Below, in pieces: positions 12,101 to 50,501 of a stretch of 64,000 nt of DNA. This DNA is from Phoronis australis. Lineage: Eukaryota > Animalia > Phoronida. Under the pieces are notes generated by a model. The model was given only the letters and a program-made list of their open reading frames with translations, did not search any database and was not told the DNA's origin. The first letter of the stretch is position 1. The number at the start of each line of letters is the position of its first letter. The position numbers and the translations under genes were made by a program. The stretch lies in the NCBI GenBank assembly GCA_002633005.1, contig NMRA01000151.1:181613-245612 (forward strand), given 5' to 3'.

Positions 12101-15100
12101 TGTGGTTCCAAGGAGGTTCTGCCAAATCTATTTTGTCTTGCTACATGGTATATAATTCGTATTTGAAGTTCCTCAAGAATGAAGATAAGGTATTTTGCAA
12201 GACATAAATTATGTGAATTATTGTAAAAATGGCCAATTTTTGTGAATAAGGTTTGAGATATCCTTAAATCAAAAAGTAACACACTAACTTATACCTTTCC
12301 TGTCAGTTGATTCTAACATCACTGCCTACCTGAGCCATACCCATCATCTGTCCACCAGGTGGGCCATATCTCATCATGCCTGGGTAGGTCGCCATCTGTG
12401 GGTAAGCCATGTTGCTGGCTTGTATAAAATGTTGTTGTTGTCCCTGAGGCATCATATTCATTCCTGAAGTATATGCAAATACATTTTAAAGGCGCTATCA
12501 TTTAAGACGCTAGAGTATAAGCTAAAAACAACCAGGACAAAATAATCAGAGCTTGTCCTTTTTGTAACGATATCCCTCTTGTATCAATAGGGCTGCCCCA
12601 GATTACATAGCAACACTCAAATGTCACTGACAGTGCTTACCAACAATACTACACTATCCATCAAGCATTTTTGTAGCCTCATTTTTGGGCTTTTGGAGTT
12701 CCACATGAGTTGTGTTGTCGCATTCTTTACAAGTTTTTCCTGGCTGCACTACTTTATTTGCCCTTCTAATGCCAAAGAAGTATTACTGCTGTGCTGTGGG
12801 GTGCAGTCAGTCAATGTAAAAGATTAGCATTAGGAGGAAGTGATGGGAATGCACTAGCCACACTTATAAAAGCTCATACAAGGGGACATTGAAAATAAAG
12901 CCGAAGATGCAAAAATGTTGCTGCGGGACACCAAAGTAGTTGGACACACAGCAGGGATTTACCGGTACCTGCCTTTTCATAATGGTCCTCTGAGCAATTT
13001 GGTGAATATAGAGGAAGATGACTCAAAAATAGTAAAAATGGCCAATACATCCAAAAATTGAAAGGTGCTGTTGCCTTCACAATAGAAACTTCATCAAATT
13101 TCAGGAAAACTGTCAAAGAATAAAATTGCCACTAGAAGGCACAGCAGTAGTCAGGGCCATGCAAATGTTGTGGCATTGATATTAAGATAACAATAGCAAC
13201 CCATTAAGGAGATACACCCGGAGAAACAAAAAGGAAAAAATCACCCCAAAACCACCATATTTGTTAGACTTGTCCCAAAATCAATGTCAATCACTGTCTC
13301 CTTATCACAAACAAATCTGTTAAGTTTTCAAAATGATTCTTTGATTGGTTTGGCGGAAGAAGACGAGGATGCCAAAAATAGACTCGAAATAACAAAAATG
13401 GCCACTAGGAAGCACAAATATATACTGAATCCATCCGAAAATGAACAGCATCATTGTCTCCTTAATACATGCAAATTACATGTAAATTTATCAATGAGCT
13501 TGCGAGACATACAACTGGGGTGCACAACGGTGGTCCGATTGGGCTGAAACCTGTTGTCATACATTGTAAGCTTTATAGGAACTAAAATTGGTCTTAATAG
13601 CACAGTGATAGTCAAATTTTCAGAAATTCAGATGTGTCATCCAGTCCACGATAGGAACATGTCTACACAATTTCTCAAACATCCATTATGGGGCTTGGAC
13701 ATACATCATCAGACGGATGCCCTGATATGGTTGACGGCACAACGCGCTTACACTATATTTGTATGCACGTAAAAATGAAATAACCAAAGTAAAAAATAAT
13801 GTATTTCAGTGTAACTGCTTTTTCCATGGAATCTTACCTGTAGGCAGTCCAGAGAACTGTGAGCCCCTGAAAAAAAATTCTGATATAAGATGACCTAGAT
13901 CACTCTAGTAATTATATATTTTTATTCAACAATTAAACAATGCCAAGGTGAAACACAACTTACCCGAGAAGCGATTCATTGAATCCAGGTAACATTACAT
14001 GAGGCGCAAAATCTGTTGGCTGAAAATGTTTTACAAATATGATAAGAAGTCGGTGATCATGAACTCTGATGTTGCCCCTATTCCAGATCTTGCTGTCTCG
14101 GGCATCTGTACCAGAAGGTCATCCAATTATAGTATTACAATAAATGGGACAGATTACAGAAAAAATACATTCTTTCCTAGAACAGTCACCGACTGGAATA
14201 GCTTGCCAGGCTGCATTACATCAGTCCCTTCTCTTGATATCTTTGTCAGCAAGCTATCTGCCTTTCTGAAGTAAAATAGTGGGGCACTTCCATTTGGGGC
14301 ACCCGCTTACTGACTAGATTGTTAACAGATACTCTCGAGTTCCGAATAGTCGTATCTATACGATTATTTTTTTCAGACTCGTTTTCCGGTCTATACGGCG
14401 CTTATTCGGGTCTCTATGTTTATTAATTTTCTAACCTTTTCCACTCTCCACGATTATTTAATTTCATTCAATACAAATTTGGTGCACAAAAACTTCGCTG
14501 CGGACACTGGGTATCGTACCTTGGTCATAAAGCAAGTTAATTCACTCTAAACCTCTAGACCACGAGACACTCTGTTCAGAGCTCGTAATTTTAGAAGAGC
14601 TATATACGACTCCGCGTTATACACAGAAGTCACATGTCATACATACTAAAAATTTTATTCCCTAAAATATACAACTGTGTGTTTCAAAGCGTAAAGTAAT
14701 CGGACTCCCAAGCAAGGGTTTACGCAGCGACCGTCTGTTGGACCACAGACGAGTATCTATGGTTGGACGGCCAGAATGTTATTTTGGACGGGTTCGACAG
14801 GATCTGTGTCGGCAAAATTTAAAAAAGCTTGAAATGATGACCACTTTCTCAATATTATCGGCTGGTCGGTAGTCGCTCAAAGAAATAGGGGATCAGTAAT
14901 TACAGAAATGAGAAATTTAATACACAAAAAGTGCATTTTTCAATATTCCGGCGCCCCGTGACACAGATCGGTGTTACCGGCAGCTCAACATACGTATCAA
15001 TAAAATCGCTTTCGACAAGTTTCTTTGGCTGATCCAATATTTGTGATTGCACCCTGTGAAAAACTGGCAAGCCGTTACACCTCTTCACTGTGTATATCCC

Positions 15101-18100
15101 CAAAGTTTGCGTTTCCGGGGGGAGTAATTCCGGGATTTTGCACAGCCGGTGTCATCTGCGATTTCCGTATTGACATGCGCATTCTACATACTTAATCATG
15201 TCATCTGCCGCACAAAGGCCTGAAGAATTCGAGGATTATTTTACAAAACGAGAGATGTTCCAGAAACTGACATTGATTTAGGTGCTAGTACAAATAATCC
15301 AGCTACAGATACGTAATGTGGTGATAACGTGGCGAGTCAACGAAGCGCAAATACCCGTGCAATTACTGAACGGTGCCGAACCTTTCAATCAACAAAGTAC
15401 CAACAAGTTGCCAACGTCATCTGACATCGGCATTTTTACAATTCGCTCCAAACTTGAGAACAGATTGTTTTTGTGAACAGGAAGAATAGACTTGTGACAA
15501 TCTTGAAAATGACATAGTTGCTAACGTTCGACAATCCAGTCGATATCTATTGAAATTGATTTCTACTTGCTCTCCCGTCCAAATAAATGGAAAAACGCAC
15601 GTGAATCGGTTTGTTTGTTATACCTAATTAGATATTCAAGATGGTTGACGTAGTCGTGGTCGTGGACTCGAATGTTGGGCAATTCTGCGAGAAATCTCAA
15701 TTTCTGGCCGTGTAAAATTTTGGATGTAGCCTACAGACTTTTTGACGTCGAATTCTGACTAACATTACGAGGGTATTGACTGTGCAAGACATGAGATTGA
15801 GAGAAAACAAAGGCTAGAATGTCAGGAACATTTATGATAAAAATGGGACTCGTTTTACCAAGACACTTTATTGTCTTATTCAGACTGTCGGCTTCGTGTA
15901 AGACTGGACGTTCCTTCTGAAATCTTAACCTCCTTGTTAGTTTTTGGACTTAGTCAACATTGTCATCTCTAGTATGAATGTCACATTCTTTTTGAGTAAA
16001 ATGATACCGCTTACTGTTTGAAACACGTCTATTTAGACTTCCATTTAAAGTTATTAATAAACGAATGGTCTTTGTTTTAGCAATGACGCTTTTATTCCAC
16101 TTCACTGTACTATGTTATGGCATGGGTGGATACACCACTGCAGCAATTAAACTATGCTAATGTTCAGTTTAAAATTTTTTCTTTGAAACAATTACTTAAA
16201 GCGGTGGTAAGTCAGACAGAATTTGCTTCTTTGCACTATAATTCCTATCTATATCATTAGATTTTGCACTTCCTATTATTTCCATCTGCCGTTACTTGAA
16301 TTTAAGCAAATTTGTAATCAATGTTATTCCAGTCAAAACTATTTTTAATTTTCCACAAATTTCCCGTCTATATCATTATTCCCTAGAATTTGGTGTTTTG
16401 CATTATTATTCCCTTCTGTATCATGTTTAGGTTTTACCTAAATTTGTAATCAATATTATTATTCCAGTCTATACTATGTTTAAATTTCCACAAATTTGTC
16501 GTCTATACCATTATTCCATCCTATACTATTATTAATTTTTTCCGACAAATTTCCGGTCTATACTATTATTCTACTTTTCTAGTGGCAAAAATGTTGGGTC
16601 TATACTATTATTAGTCTCTACTATTATTAAAAATCGTGAAATTTTCCAGTCTATACTATTATTGCTGTTTCTACTACTATTCGGAACTCCAGAGTAAGGC
16701 AGTCAGCGACTAGCTTCAACAAGTAAAGCTAAAGACTAGACGGGGTGCACGCAAAATCTGGCAGTAAAACGACACTCACCTTGCCCATTACAACCGTTTA
16801 AGTGAAAAACAATGCAACGAATGTCATTTTCTTGTGTTATTCTTGACCTTTTGTAACAATGAAAAGTATGTTGTCATGTTGAAAACATTACGCTCGTGTC
16901 ACGCGTACGAGCCATTTCCTAAATCTTTGTGACAACTTCGCAGCAGCAAAATTTATTCTGAAATTCGTTTTTTCGGTATCGAAATTCTAAAAACTTATAA
17001 TGAAGTGAAACCAGTTCCAATAAATTGTTGTGACATGTACGCAACCTCGTGAAAGAAGAACAGTTGATTGAAGAATCGGCGAAAAAAGAAACTGGCCAAT
17101 AAGTGACACAATATTTCATGGTGCCAAAAGACGACGCAGAAGATCGCTCCACACCTTTAGCAGCAGAATAACGGTAGAATGCCATTTATTCCAACACCGT
17201 TAAATAATTTAGTTTACTCAAGGAAAACTGTAGTTTTCAATGACACTAATTTACAGGATATACTGAACGTATTGAGTAATTGGTGTGCAAGGTGGCAAAT
17301 GTCTGTAAATGATTTTTCCAAGACTGATGTGGTTCATTTTCGCAAGAGGGGACATGTAAGAACGAGTTTTGAATTTATTTTGTGCGATCGCATTGTGAAT
17401 TTAAGAGAATGTTGTAAGTATCTGGGTGTAACTTTGAACGAGTTTATGGATTTCACTTTGACAGCTGAGTTACTGGCAGACTCCACGTCTAGAGCTTTGG
17501 GAGCTCTGGCGAGTGAATTTACGTTGTAAAGCCAGTCGCAATTTTATGTCTTGGCAACTGAGTCTACGTTTTCTCTCAGTCCAGTGTCATGCACAGCATT
17601 CTTATAGTCAATACCCCAGCTGGCATTTTTTGTCTGAATTCGATGTTCTGAAGTTAGTACAACCTTAAACTTCTGCACTACCATAATTCTTGTAAAAATT
17701 GCACAATATCCCTCCAATGAATACAAATTAGGTAGAGTAAACAAAACGATCTACTTGCGTTTTCCATTTACTTGGAGGGGAGTGTTACGTCTGTTGACAA
17801 AAATCAATATTTCTAGAAAAATGTCGACTGGGTTGTCAAAAGCTTACAACAGATGGAATTTACATAATTTTCAGGAGTGTCACAAACTCATTCTTCCAGC
17901 TGAGAACCATCTATTCTCAACTACTCAAGTTGGATAGAATTGTAAGAATGCCGATGCGATGTCAGATGTTGTCAGCAAAAATTCGGTCCGCCGTTCATAA
18001 CACGGAAATTAGCGATTCTATGACTGAGCCTGGCAGTATCACCACCATCCGGATCTGGATTATCTGTCGTATCTGCATCTGAGTCAACGTCAGTATCCGA

Positions 18101-21100
18101 AATATCTCTCGGTTTTCAAAATAATCCTTAGCAGTCCTACACCTTCCCGCGGCAGACGACATTACTAAGTATGTAGAATGCGCATGTCAATTGGTAACGG
18201 AAGCCAGGATAGAAATGAATAAAGTTAGGACCATGCAAGGAAAACAAGACTCTGCGAGATTACGCGAGATATCACCATATATTTTCAATGAGAGCATGTG
18301 ATTTTGGCTACAATTTCTCACAGCGAGATATATATTTTAAACTTTACCCAGTGATGTAACTGTACTCCCCCAAAACTGCAAACGTCGCGCACGTCTGCTA
18401 CCAAAGTTGTTGCGAACTGCAGATTTTCAGAGGGAGTATGCGCCACAGATATAATGCGTATGCTGCCAACGAAACTCCTTATAAGGCAATGAGATGAATT
18501 CCGTCAATCTCTATGGGCCGGTGGCACCAAAAGTAACCAATTCATCTAAGTGAGAAATACCCAAGCAACAACAAGAATATCCCGTTAAACCCACAGGCGT
18601 CCTCAGCTTCTGATCGCTTCCCCAATATGCTACATATAATACTACAAGGTATGACACTCAAGACTAGAAATTCCACGGGTGCTTCGATTCCGCTGTCCAT
18701 ATCAAACACATAACTCAATAAATTTATACAAAACAAGGGTTCAACAAACCATGAGAAATTGTTCTTTCTTATAATGCCATTCACGGTGTCCAGCTCCAGC
18801 GAGCTCGCAAGAAATTCGCTGTTAAAACACAAAAATGTTCCCAAAAAGCCCAAACACACTTTGCACTTTGTCGGGTGCTACAGAAATTACCGATGAATTA
18901 CAGATGGATGGAGTTATCAACATCGTGACTTTACGCGACAAACTAGCAATTTCCGTACCGCCTTGACCTCGAACCGACAAAGTGCAAAGTGTGTTTGGGC
19001 TTTTTGGGAACATTTTTGTGCTTTGACAGCGAATCTCTTGCGAACTCGCTGGAGCAGGACACCGTGAATGGTATTATAAGAAAGAACAATTTCTCATGGT
19101 TTGTTGAATTTATTGAGTTTTGTGTTTGATATGGACGGCTGAAGTGAAGCACCCATGGAATTTCTGGTCGGGAGTGTCACACCTTGTAGTATTATATTTA
19201 ATGTATTGGGGACGATCAGTTGAGGACGCCTGTGGTTAAACCCGTTATAGTTGTTCTCGTTTATGTTGCTTTTCATTGTAATACTATGACATAATACTCT
19301 GGAGAGAGTGTGGTCACTTAAACCAAGAGGAAGAACATAGCCATGGGCAGACATAGCGTAATTCCCGTACCTCTCACTGGGCTTTTCAATAACGCGGCTG
19401 GTAAATGACATCGGTAGTTAACTTTACATTCATTCTCAATGAATCGCGACAAATGCTGAAGCCAATGTTCAGCTCACCACAGAGAATGTCCGAAGTCATG
19501 AAACAATGTCAAAAGACCTATAAAATAAAGAATAATATGTCTAACGTGGGTGCTGTGTTTTATGACCGGCTACAGTTTACATGGTAGGTGTCACAATGCA
19601 CCATGTAACCTAGGGTTCCATAAAATTGCGTGAAGCTGAAAAAACGACAAAGTAGAAACAGGCTCTCTTTTATTACAATAACTTGTCCAATCGAAACGAA
19701 TAATTGCGTTTTGGAAACTCAGCGAGACATATTTAAAGAGAAAGTCAACGTTTTTTATCAACAAAAAATAAATTTTAATTACCACCATATTTACTGAGTG
19801 AAGCCAAATCTCAAATCATTTACGAGACCTCATTGGCGTGTTTCTTGAAAAAAAAGTTTCAAGAGATATTTTAGTGAATTCGTGATCAATAATTTGTAAT
19901 ACACAAAAAACGGCGATGGCATTATTTTTTAAAACCTTTGCCTTATCTGAAATTGGCTGTGTGGCACTGCTTTTCAAGAAGCGCAGTGGAATTTTTTTGG
20001 AATCATTTACGAGACGTGCATAAATTTAACAATAGTGCGTTGATTAAAATGAAGATGTGGAAACTAAAATAACTCTACAAAGCTATGGTGATGTGCGAAA
20101 TCATTGCACAGTTTTGAAAGTTTTTGGCGAACATTTATGAAAAAAACTGGCATTTGAAATCGGTTGCTTATCATTTACGAGCCTTCATTTACGGGACGAC
20201 AATTTTATAATTAGGTCAAGTTCAATTAGTTTCACCTACTATTGGCATGTGTGACATGAATATAGGTCAATTTTTCAAGAACGAGCATGTGCGCTTCAGC
20301 TGACATCGATACTGTCTGAAAATATTCGCTAAAGAAGTCAACAGAACTTTTGGTAAGTTTTTTAGTAATGTCACTTTTGTAATTCACGTTTTAGGGTCGT
20401 TATTAACGTACTAAAAGAAGTGACGAAATGCTTCCTATGAAACATACTTTGATTAGAATTTGCTTGACGTTGGTCTTGATAAGTTCTCGTAAAAAAATGT
20501 CACGTAAATGATATCCAGTGTCCCGTAAGTGATTTGTTCTATTTTCACTCAAATTCATTTCATTTTTAAGTAGTAATTAAATTATTATCTGTGACGATAC
20601 ATAACTTAATGCAGCTGACCTTGCAAAAATAATAATGACATCTTTTATTTTATTTAATACCTATTAATTAGAGTTTGTCACTTTAGTTTGCGTTGCGGAA
20701 TGCCAAAATCCAAGTCTCAACGGATGAAGGAATAGTCTAGAGAGCCCGTAAAAAGGCACAACTCGGTGACGAATGGCTTAGAAGAGAAAGTGAACGAGTT
20801 ACGGGTATTTCGTACCGGTGTCAGAACTGACAGAAGTACAAAAAGTCGGAAGACAAGAAACCAACAGAGTGTTAGCTGAGACCAAAGAAGTCAATATATA
20901 AGTGAAGCAAGGCAATTTTGTTTGTAACTATGAAGGTCGCCGATATCTCAGACAAGTCGTGGACACAGATGATGTCGACTTGCCTGTGGAGGTCAACTTC
21001 TTGCAGCCGTCCAGTAAAATGAGTGGGTTGTTTATGTGGCCGGCCGAAGGAAACAAGATTTGGCTACGGAAAGATGGCATCCTGAATCTCGTCCTGGACC

Positions 21101-22313
21101 TCGCACCTACTGGGAAAGCTGCAGAGCGTTTAAGGCGTCAGATGAATTGCTGGATTATCTTGATTTTTCCTAATGACGTTTAGAACCCAGTTAAAATTGC
21201 CGTTAAAAGGTTTTTAACCTTAAAAGTCTTTAGCCCAATTGTCAACGCTTAAGTTGTCATTTACGGGACGTGACATGTGACGTGTTAAATGTCAGGCACA
21301 ATTGTATAGCAAATGTTGTAAAAATGTTGAATGCAAACTTTTGGATTTACCTGTACATGTACATGTGAGTTGTGTTACAAATGTCTCCACGTGCCTTCTT
21401 GCATCACAGACGGTTGAATTGTAATCTGTTGTCATTTTTATTACGTAATCAGTTACATCAACTCATACAAGTGACAACAAATAGCCTTCAATTCGTATAC
21501 TATCCGTCATTACTTCATACCAGTTTTTCCTGAAGTGTAGGTGGTCAGAAATAATTTCCACCGACACAGTATCACTTGCCCCTCACTTACGGGACATGTT
21601 GTGTCATTTACGAGACGTCTTTAAATTCACTTAAGGATATTTTAGTCATCACATTACCGGATATTGGATACCAGCTTTTGAATGATCGATAGTCGCTAAT
21701 GAAAATTAAGACAAATGCAAACACCACGGCACCTGTTTTTATAAAGCACAGTTATAAACAAACGACGTGTTTTAAAAAAGTAAAAATTTAGTTCAAAAGT
21801 TAAATTTTTATATGTCCACGAAAAATACACAAGAAAGTAGAAAATACTAAGAGATGTTTTTCTCGATTTTACCAAGCATGCTGATTAATAAAATTGCACA
21901 ATGAGATTGTTCGTTGTCAAAAACTAGACCGAAAATTAACCCAACGAACGCGTTTTTATGTTTTCAAATAAATTATCCAGTTGCTCTAAAAAAACAACAA
22001 AATAACTCTATAACTGCACTTGCTGAGCTGAGGAAATTGTTCAAAACTTATCATTCATACGTTAAACTAAGAAAAAATAATACGTTAGCTCCAGATGAAG
22101 ATACTTGAAAATCGAGTGTCTCTGGAGTCGAATTGTCGCGATTCATTGAGAATGGCTCTCTACACAAGTCTCAGAGGCATTCGAATTTTCTTAAAAGTCG
22201 AACTACGTTACATGCAATTCAGCAAAAGCACTCATGGAAACCACAATGCCTTATAAATGAAATAAAACAAGGAAATCTCAAATCTCAAAGTCTAACGTTT
22301 ACCTGTTCGCCAT
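2972..22313 (-). CDS. SYNRG: Synergin gamma (AP-1 gamma-adaptin-binding protein), 5' part; 7 coding exons in window, gene continues off the left edge
   Basis: Joined exons give MANR-GSQFSGLPTG-MNMMPQGQQQ...-TGMVRLPLNQQQQFVAPPAYTPQMAHNFQANQQKQR-KAAEDQRREYEKKRQFQLQQQKLK...-APQLPQNDGFGDFLQAP...-GLEDMMMLCSDLNAP. This resembles the Met/Gln-rich N-terminus and coiled coil of vertebrate SYNRG (YTPDMQKQF...RKRRQFEEQKQKL) and contains a DGFGDF gamma-ear-binding motif. All junctions are GT-AG and phase-consistent. Confidence 0.85.
3280..5232 (-). mobile_element. HINE family A copy 2 (contains a minisatellite and an assembly gap)
   Basis: Same termini and subrepeats as copy 1. Confidence 0.75.
3952..4308. 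repeat. 10-bp minisatellite (CCAGTGGAGG)n, with N gap at 4110-4157
   Basis: Tandem array visible directly. Confidence 0.95.
5233..6705 (-). mobile_element. HINE family A copy 3, head-to-tail with copy 2 and split by a LINE
   Basis: Subrepeats at 5233-5533 and 6417-6705; 5' palindrome at 6675-6705. Confidence 0.65.
5534..6416 (-). mobile_element. 5'-truncated LINE 3' fragment with 10-bp target-site duplication
   Basis: ORF 5552..6313: NWNSLPVSVK...LYRSRCG...SPNCNCGD..SYPHVFFKCP (C-terminal Cys/His motif of LINE ORF2); TGAAAATGAT at 5524-5533 and 6417-6426. Confidence 0.88.
7078..7275 (-). CDS. SYNRG: SYNRG exon 6 (APQLPQNDGFGDFLQAP...MDDNK); acceptor position less certain
   Basis: ccaccag| is the first phase-1-compatible acceptor in the open frame; G|gttagt donor; FGDF motif. 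Confidence 0.75.
8174..8343 (-). CDS. SYNRG: SYNRG exon 5 (coiled coil KAAEDQRREYEKKRQFQLQQQKLK)
   Basis: ctacag| ... G|gtaatg; phase 2 in, phase 1 out; lies in ORF 8136..8465. Confidence 0.88.
9650..9932 (+). repeat. Dispersed repeat, homologous to 16740-17010
   Basis: Shared blocks gtgca.gcaaaatct, cttttgtaacaa, tgaaaaca.tacgctcgtg, gccatttcctaaa, ttctgaaatt, aatgaagtgaa. Confidence 0.75.
10007..10113 (-). CDS. SYNRG: SYNRG exon 4 (TGMVRLP...AYTPQMAHNFQANQQKQ)
   Basis: cttatag| ... AG|gtaata; phase 0 in, phase 2 out. Confidence 0.85.
12330..12463 (-). CDS. SYNRG: SYNRG exon 3 (MNMMPQGQQQ...QMMGMAQ)
   Basis: cttcag| ... CAG|gtaggc; Met/Gln/Pro-rich; phase 1 in, phase 0 out. Confidence 0.85.
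12880..13775 (-). mobile_element. HINE family A copy 4 (degenerate)
   Basis: aaaatggccactagg, aaattgccactagaaggcac and a decayed 5' terminus at 13742-13775. Confidence 0.6.
13838..13866 (-). CDS. SYNRG: SYNRG exon 2 (29-nt micro-exon, GSQFSGLPT)
   Basis: ttttttttcag| ... G|gtaaga; phase 2 in, phase 1 out. Confidence 0.75.
13995..14331 (+). mobile_element. LINE 3' fragment; tail resumes at 16695-16735 after a nested insertion
   Basis: TDYRKNTFFPRTVTDWNSLP...F-SKL; ctgact...agtcag tail split by the insertion. Confidence 0.85.
14332..16694. mobile_element. Non-autonomous TIR DNA transposon with TA target duplication (Tc1/mariner/pogo-type)
   Basis: TA-CTCTCGAGTTCCGAATAGT ... ACTATTCGGAACTCCAGAG-TA; many subterminal CTATACTATTATT motifs at 16240-16680 and degenerate copies at the left end. 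Confidence 0.85.
16740..17010 (+). repeat. Dispersed repeat, homologous to 9650-9932
   Basis: Same shared blocks as 9650-9932. Confidence 0.75.
17238..17515 (+). mobile_element. LINE reverse-transcriptase fragment
   Basis: LQDILNVLSNWCARWQMSVN..KTDVVHFR...CKYLGVTLNEFMDF...SRALGAL. Confidence 0.85.
17540..18195 (-). repeat. Inverted copy of an internal segment (15165-15840) of the TA-flanked element
   Basis: 25-nt perfect match 15170-15194 vs reverse complement of 18166-18190, plus further collinear blocks. Confidence 0.75.
18570..19255. repeat. Long imperfect palindrome (foldback/MITE-like), ~290-bp arms and 99-nt loop
   Basis: 18828-18874 is the exact reverse complement of 18974-19020; similarity continues outward. 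Confidence 0.9.
19429..22160 (+). mobile_element. TIR DNA transposon relic with GAGAGCC-type terminus (Sola-like; superfamily uncertain)
   Basis: CATTCTCAATGAATCGCGACAA at 19431 and its reverse complement at 22133-22154 followed by GCTCTC; TACA on both flanks; repeated CATTTACG(A/G)GAC motifs; decayed ORF 20902-21183 (CNYEGRRY...VEVNFL...FMWP...KIWL) resembling a transposase C-terminal domain. Confidence 0.7.
22303..22313 (-). CDS. SYNRG: SYNRG first coding exon (MAN-R)
   Basis: aagATGGCGAACAG|gtaaac; the phase-2 donor matches the next exon; human SYNRG starts MALR. Confidence 0.65.
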
Positions 22314-22637
22314 CTTAAACTACACTAGCGCCCCATCGTGACCGAAGACTGAAGTTTATTTTATTTCAATCACTGACTCATATAGTGATAAAGAGTTTTG
22401 TTTTATTGATTAGACAAACTCTGCAGGTCGGAATAAAATTCTTCCGAATACTGAACTTTTCGTTTTCAAGAGAGCCTTAAAAAGTTACACAAAATTGGAC
22501 TACATTTAAGTAATATGTAACCGTTAAGCCTGTTAAAAACAATTTATCACAGTGGCGTGGGGTTTTCCCAAAGATTACTGAGCGTAGTGATGTATTCCTA
22601 CAGTTGACGATTATAACAGTAACCTAACTATTCTTGC
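22314..22637. promoter_or_regulatory. Putative bidirectional promoter shared by SYNRG and CYLD, including a probable non-coding CYLD exon 1
   Basis: Divergent ATGs at 22313(-) and 22888(+); strong donor gc|gtaagt at 22638 upstream of the acceptor at 22883. Confidence 0.6.
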
Positions 22638-22887
22638 GTAAGTTAATAATGAATATTAGAACTTTACAAATAATCCAGATGAGCTTAAAAACTTACAGCT
22701 CTCCTCATTAAACAGAAGAAATGTATAAATTGGTAATTTGAACGTTAGCGAAATGAGTTTCACATAGCACTACTTGTCGCGCAACTTTACTTATAAATGT
22801 GAAATTGTGAGTCAATAAACCATAGGACATGGGAGACAGTTTGAGGCAGAATAGAGACGTGTTGTGAACATTTGTCTATTTAGTGTC

Positions 22888-50501
<27,614 letters not shown>

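Noticed and set aside
18542-19152. Overlapping ORFs with mirror-image similarity
   Set aside because: A consequence of the long palindrome; no coding signature or splice context.
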